A stretch of DNA of 64,000 nt from Gracilinanus agilis (Eukaryota): the NCBI RefSeq assembly GCF_016433145.1, contig NC_058130.1, forward strand, positions 86,737,628-86,801,627, given 5' to 3'. Below the pieces are notes generated by a model, which worked only from the letters and a program-made list of their open reading frames with translations, made no database searches and had not been told where the DNA came from. Positions 1 to 12,924 of the stretch are shown here, in pieces (within the stretch, counting starts at the first letter, position 1; each line of letters starts with the position of its first letter). The translations under genes were made by a program, and so were the position numbers.

Positions 1-1789
1 CAAACAGAAAAAATCTAATCTTTTTTCCATCTGAAAATGCCTCAAATATTGGAAAACAGTTATCCTCCCACCCTACTTAACCAGACTTAAATTACATGCT
101 TTCCTGTTCCTCTATCATCCTCTTTGCCTTCCTCTGAAAGAGTTTTAATTTGTCTATATCTTTCCTAAATGTGGCAATAGAATAGTGTAATTTAGTAGTT
201 CGTATTTGGTAGATAAGGAAGATTACAGTATCTTATTAATTCCATTCTAAAATCTATGTCTCTCTTAATACAGCTTTGGATAGCATTAACTAGTAAGTAT
301 AGAATTGAGTTTGATTTGATTTCTATTCTGCCAACTACTACATAATTTTGGCAAATCCCTATATAGGCCTGTTTCCTAATCTGTAAAATAAGGGAATTGG
401 GCTATGTTACTTCTAAGTTCCTTCCAGCTTTAAGCTATAATTCTATGATAATGAATTTAGTATTTGTCCTTGTTAAATTGTTTTTATCTGCTTTGCTCAT
501 TGTTGCAAACTGTTGAGATCACTTTAAATACTTATTCTGTCATGTCATAACAAGTTTGCATCACCTTGCAATAAGATTCATCTTCAAATTTTAGACTTTT
601 TCAAAGTTTTAATCTGTACTGGTTTTTTTTCCCCTCTAAAAATACTATTTGTCATATGGCATGGCTTTCTGAGAGGGGATGCTATGGTTATCTAAAAAAC
701 CGAACATATTAATAAGAACCTATAATTAAAGCCTTTTCTTCATCTATCCAAATAATAAACATAGGGCTGAAAGAAATCAGAGCTGACCTGGCTTCCAACA
801 AATCCCAGCTGAAATCTCATCTTCTATAAAAAGCCTTTCTAGATCTCCCTTAAATTGGCTCTCTGCTGATTATCTGCAGTTTATCCTGTATGCATTTTGC
901 TTGTATATGATTGCTGCATGTTGTTTCCACTCCTTTCTCAGACTATGAGATCCCAGAGGGCATGGACTATCTTCTGCTTTTTTTGGCACAGTGCTGGGCA
1001 CATAGTGGATGCCTTAATAAATACTTTTTAGCTTCTGAACTTTAGACAAGTCACTTCACTCCCTAGACCTGCTCCTTCTTTAAAATGAGTGTAAAAATCA
1101 TCCAGGTATTCCGTGTTTTCTTGCTTAATTAAGTATTCTTTATTCCTACAACTGCGGAGGGTTCAGACTCCATTGATGCTAAGAGCATCCTAGTCATATT
1201 TTTCACCAGGAAAGTTGTGAGTCAGTCAGTAGGTTAACAAGCACTTACTAGGTATCAGATACTGTGCTAAGCGCTAAAGTATCCTTTGTGCTGTCAAGGA
1301 GACAATAGATAAATGAACCTTAGGAGATAATTAGGGCAGTCTCAGGTTGGGTCAGCAAGGCTGGACAATCAGTTGTGGTTGGAGCATAAAAGGAGAAAAG
1401 TGACCCAACTAACGGGATCAATGGTTCCTGCAAGCTAAGCAGGTGCCTTTTTCATTGTTCTGCTTAGAGAAGGCAATTTCCCAGAGTTCTTCAGGGGACC
1501 AATAACTAACCTTCCCATAGCCCTTTGCAGGAATTCCAAGCTCTAGATCTAGAAGCAAACTCACATAAGAAATCTTGGAAAACTGAATTCACAGATGTCT
1601 AAGGCTCCTTTCGAAAGGGGGAGTGGCGGGTGGCCAGAGCTGGAACTTGGCCGGGGAGGGGTTTAGGCCAGCAGGCAGTGCTCAGCCCCCAACTGCCAAG
1701 GACCCATCTTTCCACTAGACACCAGGGCTAGGAAGAAAAACTCAGAGCATTCCCTCTTCCCCTCCCCCTGGCGCTAGGGGGCAGGCCTG

Positions 1790-2760
1790 CGGGAGTCTGA
1801 GGCCCCACGGAAGTCTGCTCTCGGATTGGTTACGTCACCACCCGCCCCCGCCTCTCGACGATCCCATCAGGCGTTGCGGCACATCAGTTCCCACCTTTTC
1901 TCTCGCAGCCGCCCCCCCCCGTGCCCCCTCCCCCAACGCGCGCGCCCCCCCTCCCTGATTCCTTTCCCACAGTGCACTACGCTGGCGGCGGTGGTTCCGC
2001 GCCCCCGCGCCCCCTGCTTCTGCCTCTCGCCCCAAAATGGCGGACACAATGAGCAGGAGCTGCGCCGGCTTTCCCTGAGGAGCCCTTGAGAAGAAGCCTC
2101 GCGGCCCAGGCCGAGGGAGGACGACGACGCCGACGCCGAGGAAGGGAACGAGGAGGCGGACAGCGAGCCATCCGCCCCGGCTCTCCTTCGGCCTCCCCTC
2201 GCGTCGCCTCGCCCGGGGGCCCCGCCCCGGCTTCCCCCGGCCCTCGCGGCCCCCCGCCCTCCCTCCTCCCTTTCCCGCCGCCGCTTCCTCCGCCGCTCCC
2301 CGCCCCTGACCCCGCCGCGGCCTCCTTCTCGCCCGGCCCCGGCGCCATGAAGCTGACGGACATCGTGCTGCGGAGCTTCCGCGTGGCTAAGGTGTTCCGG
2401 GAGAACTCGGACAAGATCAACTGCTTCGATTTCAGCCCCAATGGCGAGACCGTCATCTCCAGCAGCGACGACGACTCCATCGTCCTGTACGACTGTCAGG
2501 AGGGCAAGTGAGTGAGCGGCCCCGCGTCCCCGGGCCCCGGCCCGGCCCTCCCAGCCGGCGCCCTCCGGCCCCGAAACCGCGTGGCAGCGGGCGTTGATCC
2601 CCCGGGACACCCTCTTGAGGCGCGGAGATGCCGAACTCCGTCCGGAACGCTGCCCGCCCCGTCCCAGTCCCGGCGCCTTCTTGCGGCCCCGGGCTCCTAG
2701 AGAGAGCGTGTTGTGTAACTGGGGCCCGCGTGGCCGTCCTTCCCCCCTACCCCCTGCCAC
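1790..2760. promoter_or_regulatory. WDR82 CpG-island promoter with ETS, inverted CCAAT, CRE-like and GC-box motifs
   Basis: CpG-dense GC-rich block over exon 1; CGGAAGT 1808-1814, ATTGG 1825-1829, TTACGTCA 1830-1837, CCCGCCCC 1841-1848; no TATA seen. Confidence 0.85.
2347..2507 (+). CDS. WDR82: WDR82 coding exon 1 (WD repeat protein 82, SET1A/B-COMPASS and PNUTS-PP1 subunit)
   Basis: GCCATGA start; [53 protein letters not shown](K); donor AA|GTGAGT; 161 nt. Confidence 0.98.
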
Positions 2761-4980
2761 CTTCCAATAATAACACCATAATTTGTATAGTGCATTCACG
2801 TGTCTCTCGCTTCATCGCTCCCCCTTTCAGGGCTTCCCAGCCTTTTTTTGTGTCTGGACCCTTTCCCAGAAGAACGCTTTTTAGTGCATAAAATAAAATA
2901 CCTGCGATTGCAAATGAAAACAGTTCTATCCAAATAAAGATATCTCTCTTCCCTCCATCAAGTATTTGATAGATGAATAAAAGTCTCACAGGGGAAGTGA
3001 CTTGTCCAAGGTCACTGCAGACACGTTCTGAACCCTAAAACGCTGCTCTTTCCACTACATCTGTTGCCTTGAGTTTTTCATCTAATGAAGGAGCATTTTG
3101 ATTTCGTCTCTGATCAGAATCTGGCGTCACTGACATCTTTGACATTAATGTAAATCTTTTCCTCTTTTGCCCCATAAGCATTTTCATATTCCTGATACTT
3201 TTAAAACTGATTTTTTGGACCTGTTTTTGAACAAACTCCAGCCTTGACATTGAGGTTCACTTTTTAGTTGCTTCTGAACAAAAAAATCTACATTTGCTTT
3301 CTGCTTTGGGGAAAGAAAAAAAAAGCTTAGCAAGCTGTTGCTGGGAGATTGCAAAAACATGTTGATATTTTTTAAACTGTATGTAAGCTTTTGGTCACAT
3401 CCCGAGTGACCTCAGTTAAACTTTTGGCTGTGTTTTATAACCCCTGCCCACTCAACTTCCTCACTTCCGTTCTTACCGAATCAGCACATTCTTAATACTT
3501 CCCGTTTACAATGGTATTACTTTTTCCGTTCTCTTGTCTAGTATAACAGTGTCTTTTGTGGACAACTCTTTATACCATTTTAAATTTGACCTTTAATGTT
3601 TGCTGTTTTGTTTTCTGGGTGTGGTGGTATGATTTTTTTTTTTCCCTGCTTAAGTGAACTTGGCTGGTCTGTCCTAATTTTAATTTAAGTGCTCCATTTG
3701 GAATACTTAATGTTCATATCACGCTTCCACAGTTTTTGTGCCAAAAACTGATTATGAAGTTTATTATTTCCTACAAATACAATCCTGATAGTCATGTCAA
3801 CAACTAAATCTGTGATCAAGATTGGCTCCCAGTTTTTACTTATTTTCTTTACAGTTCCAAACTTCCCCCTGCTTATTTTTAAATGGTTGAAGGATTTTTT
3901 TCTCTAATGTTAGACTTATTTTTACTATGTTCAGTTTCTGTTGTCTTAAACCAGTCACAAATAGCTTGGTGTTTGTTTTACAATCTTAATTGAAATTGGA
4001 TTGTCTGGTCAGTTTAATTTATGTGAGTTTTTTTTTCCCCTACTTCAGAATTCAATTTTTTATCATTTCTACGATACAGCTCTTTAAAAAAAAAAAAAAA
4101 AGTCTGGCAATAATTTTATTGAAGAGGCTGCCAACGGGTTAACATTATAAAATGATGTGGAGAAAGATTATTATGTTTAGATAGTGGAGTAGCATTTAAT
4201 AGTAGAATCATGATTACAGGGATTGGGTAGACTAAATTCTCAATGCCTGACCTATCAAAAGTTACTTGAGGGACCACTGGTTAGTGGGTAGTCCTTTGCC
4301 CTTGTCTTCGTCCTTGAATGAACTTTGGGTCTGCAAAGCTGCTTGAGATAGGCAGAGAAGTTTGAATGAAGGGATTTAGTTGTTTTCTGTGCTTGGATTA
4401 TCTTTCTCTTTTGGAAGCAGTACAAAAAAGGACACCTTTTAGGCTTGTTGGAAGTAATCAAGTGGCCTTAATCGTCTTTTGAATGCTTATTGTTGAGTGG
4501 CTTGTCAGCTGATTTTATGTTTATAGCATGAATTTCTTCATTTTATTCTTTTATCTTCTCATCACTTAAGACTTTGGGAAAGTATAGGATTGAGGGTACA
4601 CTTTTATCTCTTCCCTGCTGCCTACTAGTTGTGAAACCTTGTGCATAAACCATTTAAATTTCCTTGGTTGCAGATTTTTCACATAAAATGAGGTTCTGGA
4701 ATAGACCATCTTTAAAAGGTAATAATTTCTAGGTCCTTAGCATGAGTCCAAGTCGACAAAGCTTGAGAAAAAAAAATATTTTTTTTCTTGTACATTGGAA
4801 GGATAAAAAGTTTTTTTCCTAACATCTACATACTCTTCCTTTTTAGGATTTAGGAATAGAAAAATGATAAGTATCTATTGCTTAGCATTTTCCTATTTAT
4901 CATGAATTTAAATTTTCCTTAGGGATTTTTTCATCCTTTCACTTCAACAATTGTGTTTTATTAGGGCACTTAGTGTAGAG

Positions 4981-5448
4981 TAGGGGTTCTGAACTTTTTA
5001 AAGGTTGTCAGGACCTTTTTGACAGTTTGGTGAAGCTTATGGACACTTTAGAATCATATTTTTAAGTGCATAAAGTAAAACACCAACCATTATAAAGGAA
5101 ACTTAGAGTTATCCTTTCCATATCTCAATTTACTCATTGTGTTAGCATAAGAAATTAAATGGGAATTTTCGGGGGAGTTTTGTGGAAGCCACAGTTGACT
5201 TTCAAAGGCCAGCATAGCTCAAAATTTACAATAAGGTACTATAAATACCCCATAAGAGAAAAAGAAAAAAAATTCAGACCTAATCTCTGGTACAAAGGGA
5301 GGGCTAAAAAAATTTATGTAGATTTTCCACATCTCAGGCACCCTGAACCCTTAACACCCACAATATAATGTGGAAGAAATTACTATATCTTGAAATATAA
5401 TTCTCAAGATATGTAAAATTTATACTGATTCCAGGTTAAGAACCCCCA
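4981..5448 (+). mobile_element. Old hAT-Charlie-type MITE
   Basis: Degenerate TIRs TAGGGGTTCTGAACTT ... AGGTTAAGAACCCCCA; related fragment on - at about 18800-18991. Confidence 0.6.
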
Positions 5449-6129
5449 GTATATAGCATTGTGCTGTGGTAATTTAAAGTTAGATAAAAGACAATCAACC
5501 TGCTCTCTTGAAGTTTTGTCTAATGAGGAAACAATATCTGACATAGATAATGCTAAAACAAAATAAATTCTAAATTCTTTAGAGATAGTAAAAAGTTGTC
5601 TAATCATTGAATGATTTCACTTTCAAATAACTTTTTGTTCAGGTGGGTTTTGCCCATTTTTGATACAGAATCACTACTATAGAATAGGAGGAGGAACCTT
5701 AAGAGATCAATTTAGCCCAATTGCTAATTTAGCTCATATTATAGATTAAAGAAAATGAATTCCTTAGGAGGTTAAACTACTTCACAGTTTCTTTGGCCTT
5801 CTTTCCTCGCTGCTTATCTCAAGACTTATCCTTCATATTCTCGTCCTCTCTTCCAAAAAAGCTTAAAACCTCTTACATAATCTGCCAAGAAAATATAACT
5901 AAATGCATACATAACTTCTCAACCCTTACATTGCAATATTTTCTTAATTCATAATCTCCAAATATAAAATCAGCATAATGGTTCTTCATAGTGAGCATCT
6001 TTCATAAAGACCACCTATAATTGATGCAGTCAGAAATTAATCTAGTGGAGGAGTTGCTTTATCAATTGGTTTTACTTAACTGTAGTTATAAGGGAGGGTA
6101 AGTTGGAATTTATGTGGAAAAACCTTAAG

Positions 6130-6590
6130 TGGTTTCAGTTGTGTCCCACTTTGTGACCCCCATTTTGGTGTTTTCTTGGCAAAGATACTGGAGTAATTTG
6201 CCCTTTCCTTCTCTAGTTCATTTTACAGATGAGGAAACTGAGGCAGGCAACTATTGTTAAATTATTTATCCAGTGTTACACAGCTAGTATGTGTTCTGAG
6301 GCCAGATTTGAATTTTTTGTTTGTTTGTTTTCCAAACCTTTACCTTCCATCTTTGAGTCAGTACTGTGTATTGGCTCCAAGGCAGAAGAGTGGTAAGGAC
6401 TAGGCAGTGGGGGTTAAGTGACTTGCCCAGGGTCACATAGCTAGGAAGTATCTGAGGCCAGATTTGAACCTAGGACCTCCAGTCTCTAGGCTTGGCTCTC
6501 AATTCACTGAGCCACCCAGCTGCCCCCCAGATTTGAATTTAAGATTGAGTTCCTGATTCCAAACCTGGTGTTCTATCCATTTAGCTATCC
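6130..6590 (-). mobile_element. MAR1-type CORE-SINE interrupted by a SINE1_Mdo-like copy (6333-6526)
   Basis: MAR1 tail TTTTCTTGGCAAAGATACTGGAG; nested SINE flanked by TSD CCAGATTTGAATTT (6302-6315 / 6527-6540). Confidence 0.85.
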
Positions 6591-7049
6591 TATGGGGAAA
6601 TGACTGGTGTTTTTTTTTGTTTTGTTTTGTTTTTTAATCATCAGTAAAATTTTTTAAAGGAAAGAAAACTGATCTTTCCTTCAGAGTAAGCATAGCATTT
6701 CAAAACTGGTAATGTTTCCTCTCTCCGTCATCTTTGTTCTCCCTCAATAAAAACAGTAATGTAAACTATATATTAAAATGTTAGCCTGTTTTCATGGAAA
6801 AAAGGGATCCCTTCCTAGTCTTCGACATTTATCTCAAAAACACCTTTATTGGCAAACATAAGAAAGTCTACCATGTCTGGGTGGAAACTGAGAGTTTTAG
6901 TTATAAAGTTCCTTTCACATAGATGTTAACAGCTCACTACTGTTTATAAGCTAAATGAAGATAAAGCTGCCCATCACTCAGACTATAATTCACTTTGCCT
7001 ACTGCTGCCTAAGATTATGCTTTATGCTTCCCTTCTGCCAAATTTTCAG

Positions 7050-7270
7050 TGGTGGTAGTCATTCTCGTCCTATTCTTCATGGACCCCCATTTAGGGTTTT
7101 TCTTGGCAAAGATACTGGAGTGATTTGCTATTTCCTTCTCTAGCTCATTTAACAGTTGAAGAACTGAGGCAAACAGGGTTAAGCGATTTGCCTAGGGTCA
7201 CATAGCTAGTAAATATCTGAGACTGAATGTGAACTCATGTCCTCTTGAATCCAGGCCTGTCACCATATCC
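7050..7270 (-). mobile_element. MAR1-type SINE
   Basis: GGACCCCCATTTAGGGTTTTTCTTGGCAAAGATACTGGAG...GAAGAACTGAGGCAAACAGGG. Confidence 0.8.
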
Positions 7271-9323
7271 CTACCCCTCCAAAAAAAACCTCATTTTCTA
7301 AATAATGGCTAACTTAATCAGATTGGTGAGTAAGTAGGTAATAATTATTATATAGATTGGAGTATATTTTGGGTACTATCAGCATTGGTGCCATTTGAGG
7401 AACATGGCAAAATTTAATGTCTTATTTTTTACTACAGAGTGTAATTATTAGCATGCTTTACCCCAAATTCTATGGTCATTTAAGAGTTTTGTGAAGCTAA
7501 GTAACTGGCCTTATGCTAATCTGTTAACTCTATCCCTGAACATTTTCATAAATGAGGAAAATTGTGCATGTGTCTTCTTTTTGCTTATGCTTAGTAGAAT
7601 CATAAATTTAGAGATGGAAGAGAATTTAGAGGTAATCTAGTCCAACTCTCTCATTTTATAAATGTGGAAACTGGCCTAGAGTGTTACATAACTTTCCTAA
7701 GGTCAAGTAATGACAGAATCAAGATTTGAACCTAGGTCATTTTATTTAAAATTTTATTTTCTCAGGAGTCAAGTAAAGGATTCTGGTCTTCTTTGAAAAT
7801 GAAGGATAAACAACAGTAATATAGGACTTGCCTGCCTACTGAACATTTCCATTCATTCAATAGATTTTTAAAAATTAAACTATTATGTGTAAGGACCTGT
7901 TTTCAGAGAGCTTAGTATCTTGTAAGAGAGACTAGATGGATAAAAATAAATAATGCAAGTTCAGAGGTGATTTAGTTCTTTGAGCTGTTGGGGAGGGAAG
8001 AAGGCAGAAAGAAAAGGGATAGGGAAGGTTTAATAGAGATACAGTTTTGTCTGAGGTGAGTTTACTCTGTATGGTGCAAAATTCCTTGCCTTATTGAAAC
8101 TTGGATAGCAAATAATATCTCTTTATGGATGACTATGGGTTCATAATTCTTTAGCCTCCTGTGCTCATAGTGAAATATGATGAATTTGAACAAGATTTTC
8201 TTTTATATTGAAAATATTAGTAAATATTAGTAAACTTAGTTTTCATGTTTGTAAGATTATTCTGTATAGGTCTTGGATTGATCATCTTGAGCAGATATAA
8301 GCCAATGAGCCTATTCCTTATATAGTACAGTTTTCTAAGACTTTGTGCCCAGGGTCCTCCTTAGTGAAGGAGTTGAGGGAAAAGAATTGACCAAAAACAG
8401 TAAGTAACTTTGCTTACTTTAGCAGTGTTTGTTTTTTTTAACAGTGCTTTTCAGTAAAATGAGATTGTTTATCAAGCTTAGCTATAGCTTGGGCTGCAGA
8501 AGCTATCTGGGAAGTTAAGTAACCAACTTCAACTCTTCTACTCTATGCTAAAGGGGCATGAATGATTCTTACGTTGTGTAATTAGAGTTGTTTAGTTAGA
8601 AGATTCAAGTAAAAAGTGTTTATTTAAATTGCTATAGAAATCAATCCTTGGATTTGGAAAGCCTAACATCTAGGCTAATTTTTTAAAACTCCATTATAAT
8701 TGTCAGACATTTTATGGGGAGGAGAGAATGAATTCACTCTGAAGGGCAGATTCCATCAGGAAATGCTAACAAAATGGTTAACAAACAAAATGCCCTGCTT
8801 CTGATTTCACTTATAGAATAGTGCCCTCTTGATAGGGAAAGTGCCTCTTCTAGTGTGTCTGAACTAGGACATTATTTTTGAATCTATTTTCTTCTTAAAG
8901 AAGGTAGTTTTAAGAAATAACTGGTAATCTTTCAATTTTCTTTAATTCTGTGTTCTGGGAATTTTTTGTATTTGGCTCCCCCCTCCCCCCTTGTTCCCAA
9001 AATGGTCAAATTTTCTAAGCAGTGGAGATCCCCACCCTCTTTAAGGTTCAATCCATTAAATTCTTTTTTTTTTTTTTACTTAGTTTGTTATTTAACACCT
9101 TAAACAGATGAAAGGCCTGTCCTTAACCCAGTACAGTGCCTATTTCCCTTTTATTCCAATTTACATAAGGTTGAAGCTGTTTTCTTTTCCTTAAAGGATC
9201 ACCAGCTAAACTTGGGTGCCTGTACTTATGATTACTGTTCTATAATGTTTTAAATTGATTTGTTTAGTGATAGACTTTGTATAATGTTCCCTTTCTGGGG
9301 TTTCTTTATTTTTATTTCTCTAG

Positions 9324-9421
9324 ACCAAAGAGAACACTGTACAGTAAGAAGTATGGAGTGGACCTAATCAGATACACACATGCAGCAAACACTGTAGTGT
9401 ACAGTTCTAACAAAATAGATG
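9324..9421 (+). CDS. WDR82: WDR82 coding exon 2
   Basis: tctag| acceptor; [32 protein letters not shown]; G|GTAAGT; 98 nt. Confidence 0.98.
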
Positions 9422-10189
9422 GTAAGTAAGCTTCCTTTCTTGTTTTTTAAGAGATGTTTAAGACCATTGCCTATTCCCCTCCTTCCCCCATGCCCATCTT
9501 TTAGAATAGTAGCTAGAATTTACATTTTAATAAGAATGTTTTGAAAACTTTGCTCTTTTATCAAAGCCTCTTGGACTATTACTGACAGAACTTGTTTCCC
9601 AAGTCATATAAACTGAAAGGAAACAAAAAACCTGTAATAGCTTTCACTTCAGAAGTTCCTTGAACTCAAAGAGTGATGTTATGTGTCATAATTTGAATGG
9701 GGATGGGTAAGAGAAACAAGGAGGAAATATCTTAATAGCCTCAAGAGATATAAATTATTTTAAATGATAGGGGTTAGCATAAAGGTAAGGGACTATTTTA
9801 CATAGCAGGTAATAGGAAGAAAATGGTTCAAAAGAGGTTCAGTTGAAATAAATTCACACATAATGGCATTTTGGTGTGTTTATAACTATCCTTAACATTT
9901 TGAAATTGCTATCATAAAAGTGCTTTTTTTTTTTTTTTTTGACACTTATTTCATTCTTCTTATTAACCTAAAATGTTACCTGAATTTAATTCCTTCTTTC
10001 TAACTAGTGTTAAAGCTGTAGTAATCTAGGATTAGATAGCTTATCTTCACTCATAACTAAACTTTTGAGTTCTTTTCCTATCATAGAGTGGTTAGGTCTT
10101 ACTTAGTATAGATTTTTACCATTAGATGTGACTAATATTTGGTTGTAATAGCTATTTTTACTTTACTAGCCATTCTTGTTAGCTTAGGG

Positions 10190-10576
10190 CAGTGATGGCA
10201 AACCTATGGCACAGGTGTCAAAGATGGCACACAAAGGGCCCTCTGTGGGCACTCAGCTACCACCTACCTCCCTCCCCCCCTTACCCCCCATTTCATTGCT
10301 AGAAAAGCAGAAGGACTTGGTGAAGATTTTCCCATCTCCCTCTCCATGTCTGATGACATTTTTTTCACATCCCTGCCCCTCTGCCCAGCAGCCCAATGAT
10401 AGCACTTTCTCCCTTCCCAGTGTGTGTGTGTGGGGGGGTGAGGGCGGGTGGGGGCACGGCGATTCACCCAGCAGTCTGTGAGATGGATCCTCAGGTAGAA
10501 GGGGCAGGCATGGCACTTGCTCTGGAGGGGGAGGGGAGGGGCCTTCACGCCATCTCTAAAAGGTTTGCCATCACTG
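10190..10576. mobile_element. Non-autonomous hAT DNA transposon (MITE) with perfect 16-bp TIRs and 8-bp TSD
   Basis: TIR CAGTGATGGCAAACCT 10190-10205 / AGGTTTGCCATCACTG 10561-10576; TSD GCTTAGGG / GTTTAGGG. Confidence 0.93.
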
Positions 10577-11074
10577 GTTTAGGGCATGTGCTCCTGTGCA
10601 TCATTGAACAAGAATTGTTTAAGTTTCTGTCTTAATTATACGTGTATATCTACTTTATTTTGAAGGTGGGTGGGCGGGCATGACATTTTTAGGAGATTTT
10701 TCTGTACATTAATTGATTAAGTATCTTGATAAGCTTGTTTACTTCTGTATAAAAGTAGTTTTCTAAGTAAATAGTGTAGCCAGTGTAATTAAGCTAAGAA
10801 GGAATAATTAGGATTCATTTCACAAGGATTATGTTTAAATGCAATCAAAAAAGAGAAGTTTTTCCTTTTGGACTTTTCTCCTGATTTGAAAATCCTCCTA
10901 TGTAGTGAAGAGGCATGTGTATATAAAGCTTCTCAACTAGGCTTTGAGTAAAAGAAGATACTTTGCTGGTTTTGTACTGTAAGGATGCTGCCTTTCTTGT
11001 AACCCTAATTACCCCCTTCCCCCGTTCTTCATGAAGAGCTCCAGCCTCGACCCTGTTTCCTTCTGCCTGATTCC

Positions 11075-11158
11075 AGGCTGAGGTAGTAGTTTGTACAGTT
11101 TGAGGGTCTATGATACCACCCGGTACAGGAGATAACTGTACAGGCCACTGCCTTGCCA
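11075..11158 (+). ncRNA. MIRLET7G: pre-let-7g microRNA hairpin (5p 11079-11100; 3p 11136-11156) in WDR82 intron 2
   Basis: TGAGGTAGTAGTTTGTACAGTT = let-7g-5p; CTGTACAGGCCACTGCCTTGC = let-7g-3p; loop with TGAT and GGAG LIN28 motifs; known host gene WDR82. Confidence 0.99.
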
Positions 11159-11927
11159 GGGACAGAGCGCTGCCACCAACAATGGTTTGTAGCAGAGCAT
11201 GGGGACAGTCTTCTTGCCTTCCTCTGTGAAACCAGGTAACTCTTTCTAACAGAAAAGGGATCTAATGATTCTTTGCGGGTAGGTAAAAGTACTGAAAATA
11301 TTACTAGTCCTTAAATTTATTGTAGTTTTACTAAACCAAGGTTATAACATAGGTCCTAGGCTTAGCTGTTTGTCACATAGGTTACTAGTAATTAGCATTA
11401 TCAAGCAGTTGCTGAAATATTTAGAAAAATAAGGACATTATAATGGAAACACTTTAAAGTTGTCACTTTCCTGATAGTTGGTCATTAGATACTTTGTTAA
11501 AAATAACCTTTTGTTCCATTCTGCTGGGTACCTTTTTCTAGCATCTTTCTTCTTCTTTGTATTCAAGTGTCTTTTCCAGACTGGTACTGTGCATTGATAC
11601 CATTTCCTACAGCCTCTTTCGTTAGTTGTTCCTTGGTATTATTCTTTACGTAAAGGACTCTTATGTCTTATCAGTCTTTTTTCTAGCATTTTACCCCTTT
11701 TTTGTTTTTCAAATGAAGAGGACCTGTTGTGTCAAAAGATATACTTATTTTCTCACAAACATTTCTAGGAGTAATTAATTCTTTTCTTTTTATTTATCAC
11801 AGTCTGATGATTGCTTAGATGATTAATATTAAGTTTCTTTTGAGAGGGTAAGAACAGGCTAGAGTTGATTAACAAGGCATTCAAGACCTTTTTGTATTCA
11901 GAAGCTTATATGGTCTTATGACTAGTA

Positions 11928-12058
11928 GGGGCAGGTAGGTAGCTCAGGGAAAAGAGCACCAGGCCTGGAGTCAGAAGGACTTGGGTTCAAATCTGGCCTG
12001 AGGCATTTCCTAGCTGTGTCAACCTGGGCAAGTCATTTAGCCCTGGTTGTTTGCCCAA
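11928..12058 (+). mobile_element. CORE-SINE (marsupial tRNA-derived)
   Basis: A box GGTAGCTCAGGG, B box GGGTTCAAATC, core CTGGGCAAGTCA. Confidence 0.8.
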
Positions 12059-12857
12059 GATGCTACTAAGATACCTGGTAAGGGTATCTTAACTAAAGTA
12101 GGAGTGAAAATTTGTACTTTATTAGATTTATTTTTGACAGTTGATGAAGCATAGTTTGATTTACATATCATAACAGATTGAGCTTGTCTGGAAGCAAACT
12201 AAAACACAAACTTTGTCAGTCTGCTTAGTTGGTATTGGGGAAAGAATACTGAGAGTCAGATATCCATGGTCCTAATTCAGATTCTGCCACAGACTTGCTT
12301 GGTGACTTTGGATTGGCTTCCATCCCTCTCTCTAATGGGAAAGGTTTGGATGTAGTTAATCTCTAAGGTCCTTTTCATTTGTTATTCTAAGATGCCTTGA
12401 ATATATTAAATGCTATCAGCAGTTTCATTTGCCAAGAATTTTTTAAATAAGACATTCAGTCAAGCTACTTTTCTTGCCTACTATCTGTATAACCTAGCAT
12501 TTCACAAGTTTTATCTGACATTTTTATGTTCCTTCTTCTGATCAAGATGGACAAAATGCTGCTCCCTCACTTTGCACCGATGGGTGAAGACCATGCATGT
12601 GCAGTCAGCCTGGGTGAATTTCTTGGCTAGTTTGGCTGACTCAGTTTCCTCCCCTGTTTTTGACAAAGAGGGTAATCTTTGAGAGGGAAGGTGATGTTTA
12701 TGGATGAAGACTGTGGAAACAAGATGCCAATTTTAAAAAAGTAGATCTTCTTATCATGAATTTAGTTTTCATCTTTTTCAAATGAAATTAGAAGGAAAGT
12801 ACCCAATAACTTCTTAGCTGACTGAGACTATTGCTTTGATACTTTGTGTGCTTTCAG

Positions 12858-12924
12858 ATACAATCCGCTACCTGTCCTTGCATGATAACAAATACATCCG
12901 GTACTTTCCAGGACACAACAAGAG
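12858..12924 (+). CDS. WDR82: WDR82 coding exon 3
   Basis: tttcag|; (D)[21 protein letters not shown](R); AG|GTAAGA; 67 nt. Confidence 0.98.

Noticed and set aside
1826-2891. Long ORFs (310 aa on -, 167 aa on -, 141 aa on + extension) around WDR82 exon 1
   Set aside because: Shadow or GC-rich low-complexity frames of the CpG island, mostly non-ATG starts; only 2347-2507 matches a known protein
12547-12680. Possible poison exon in WDR82 intron 2 downstream of let-7g
   Set aside because: Acceptor and donor are weak (AAG| and G|GTAATC) and I have no conservation evidence
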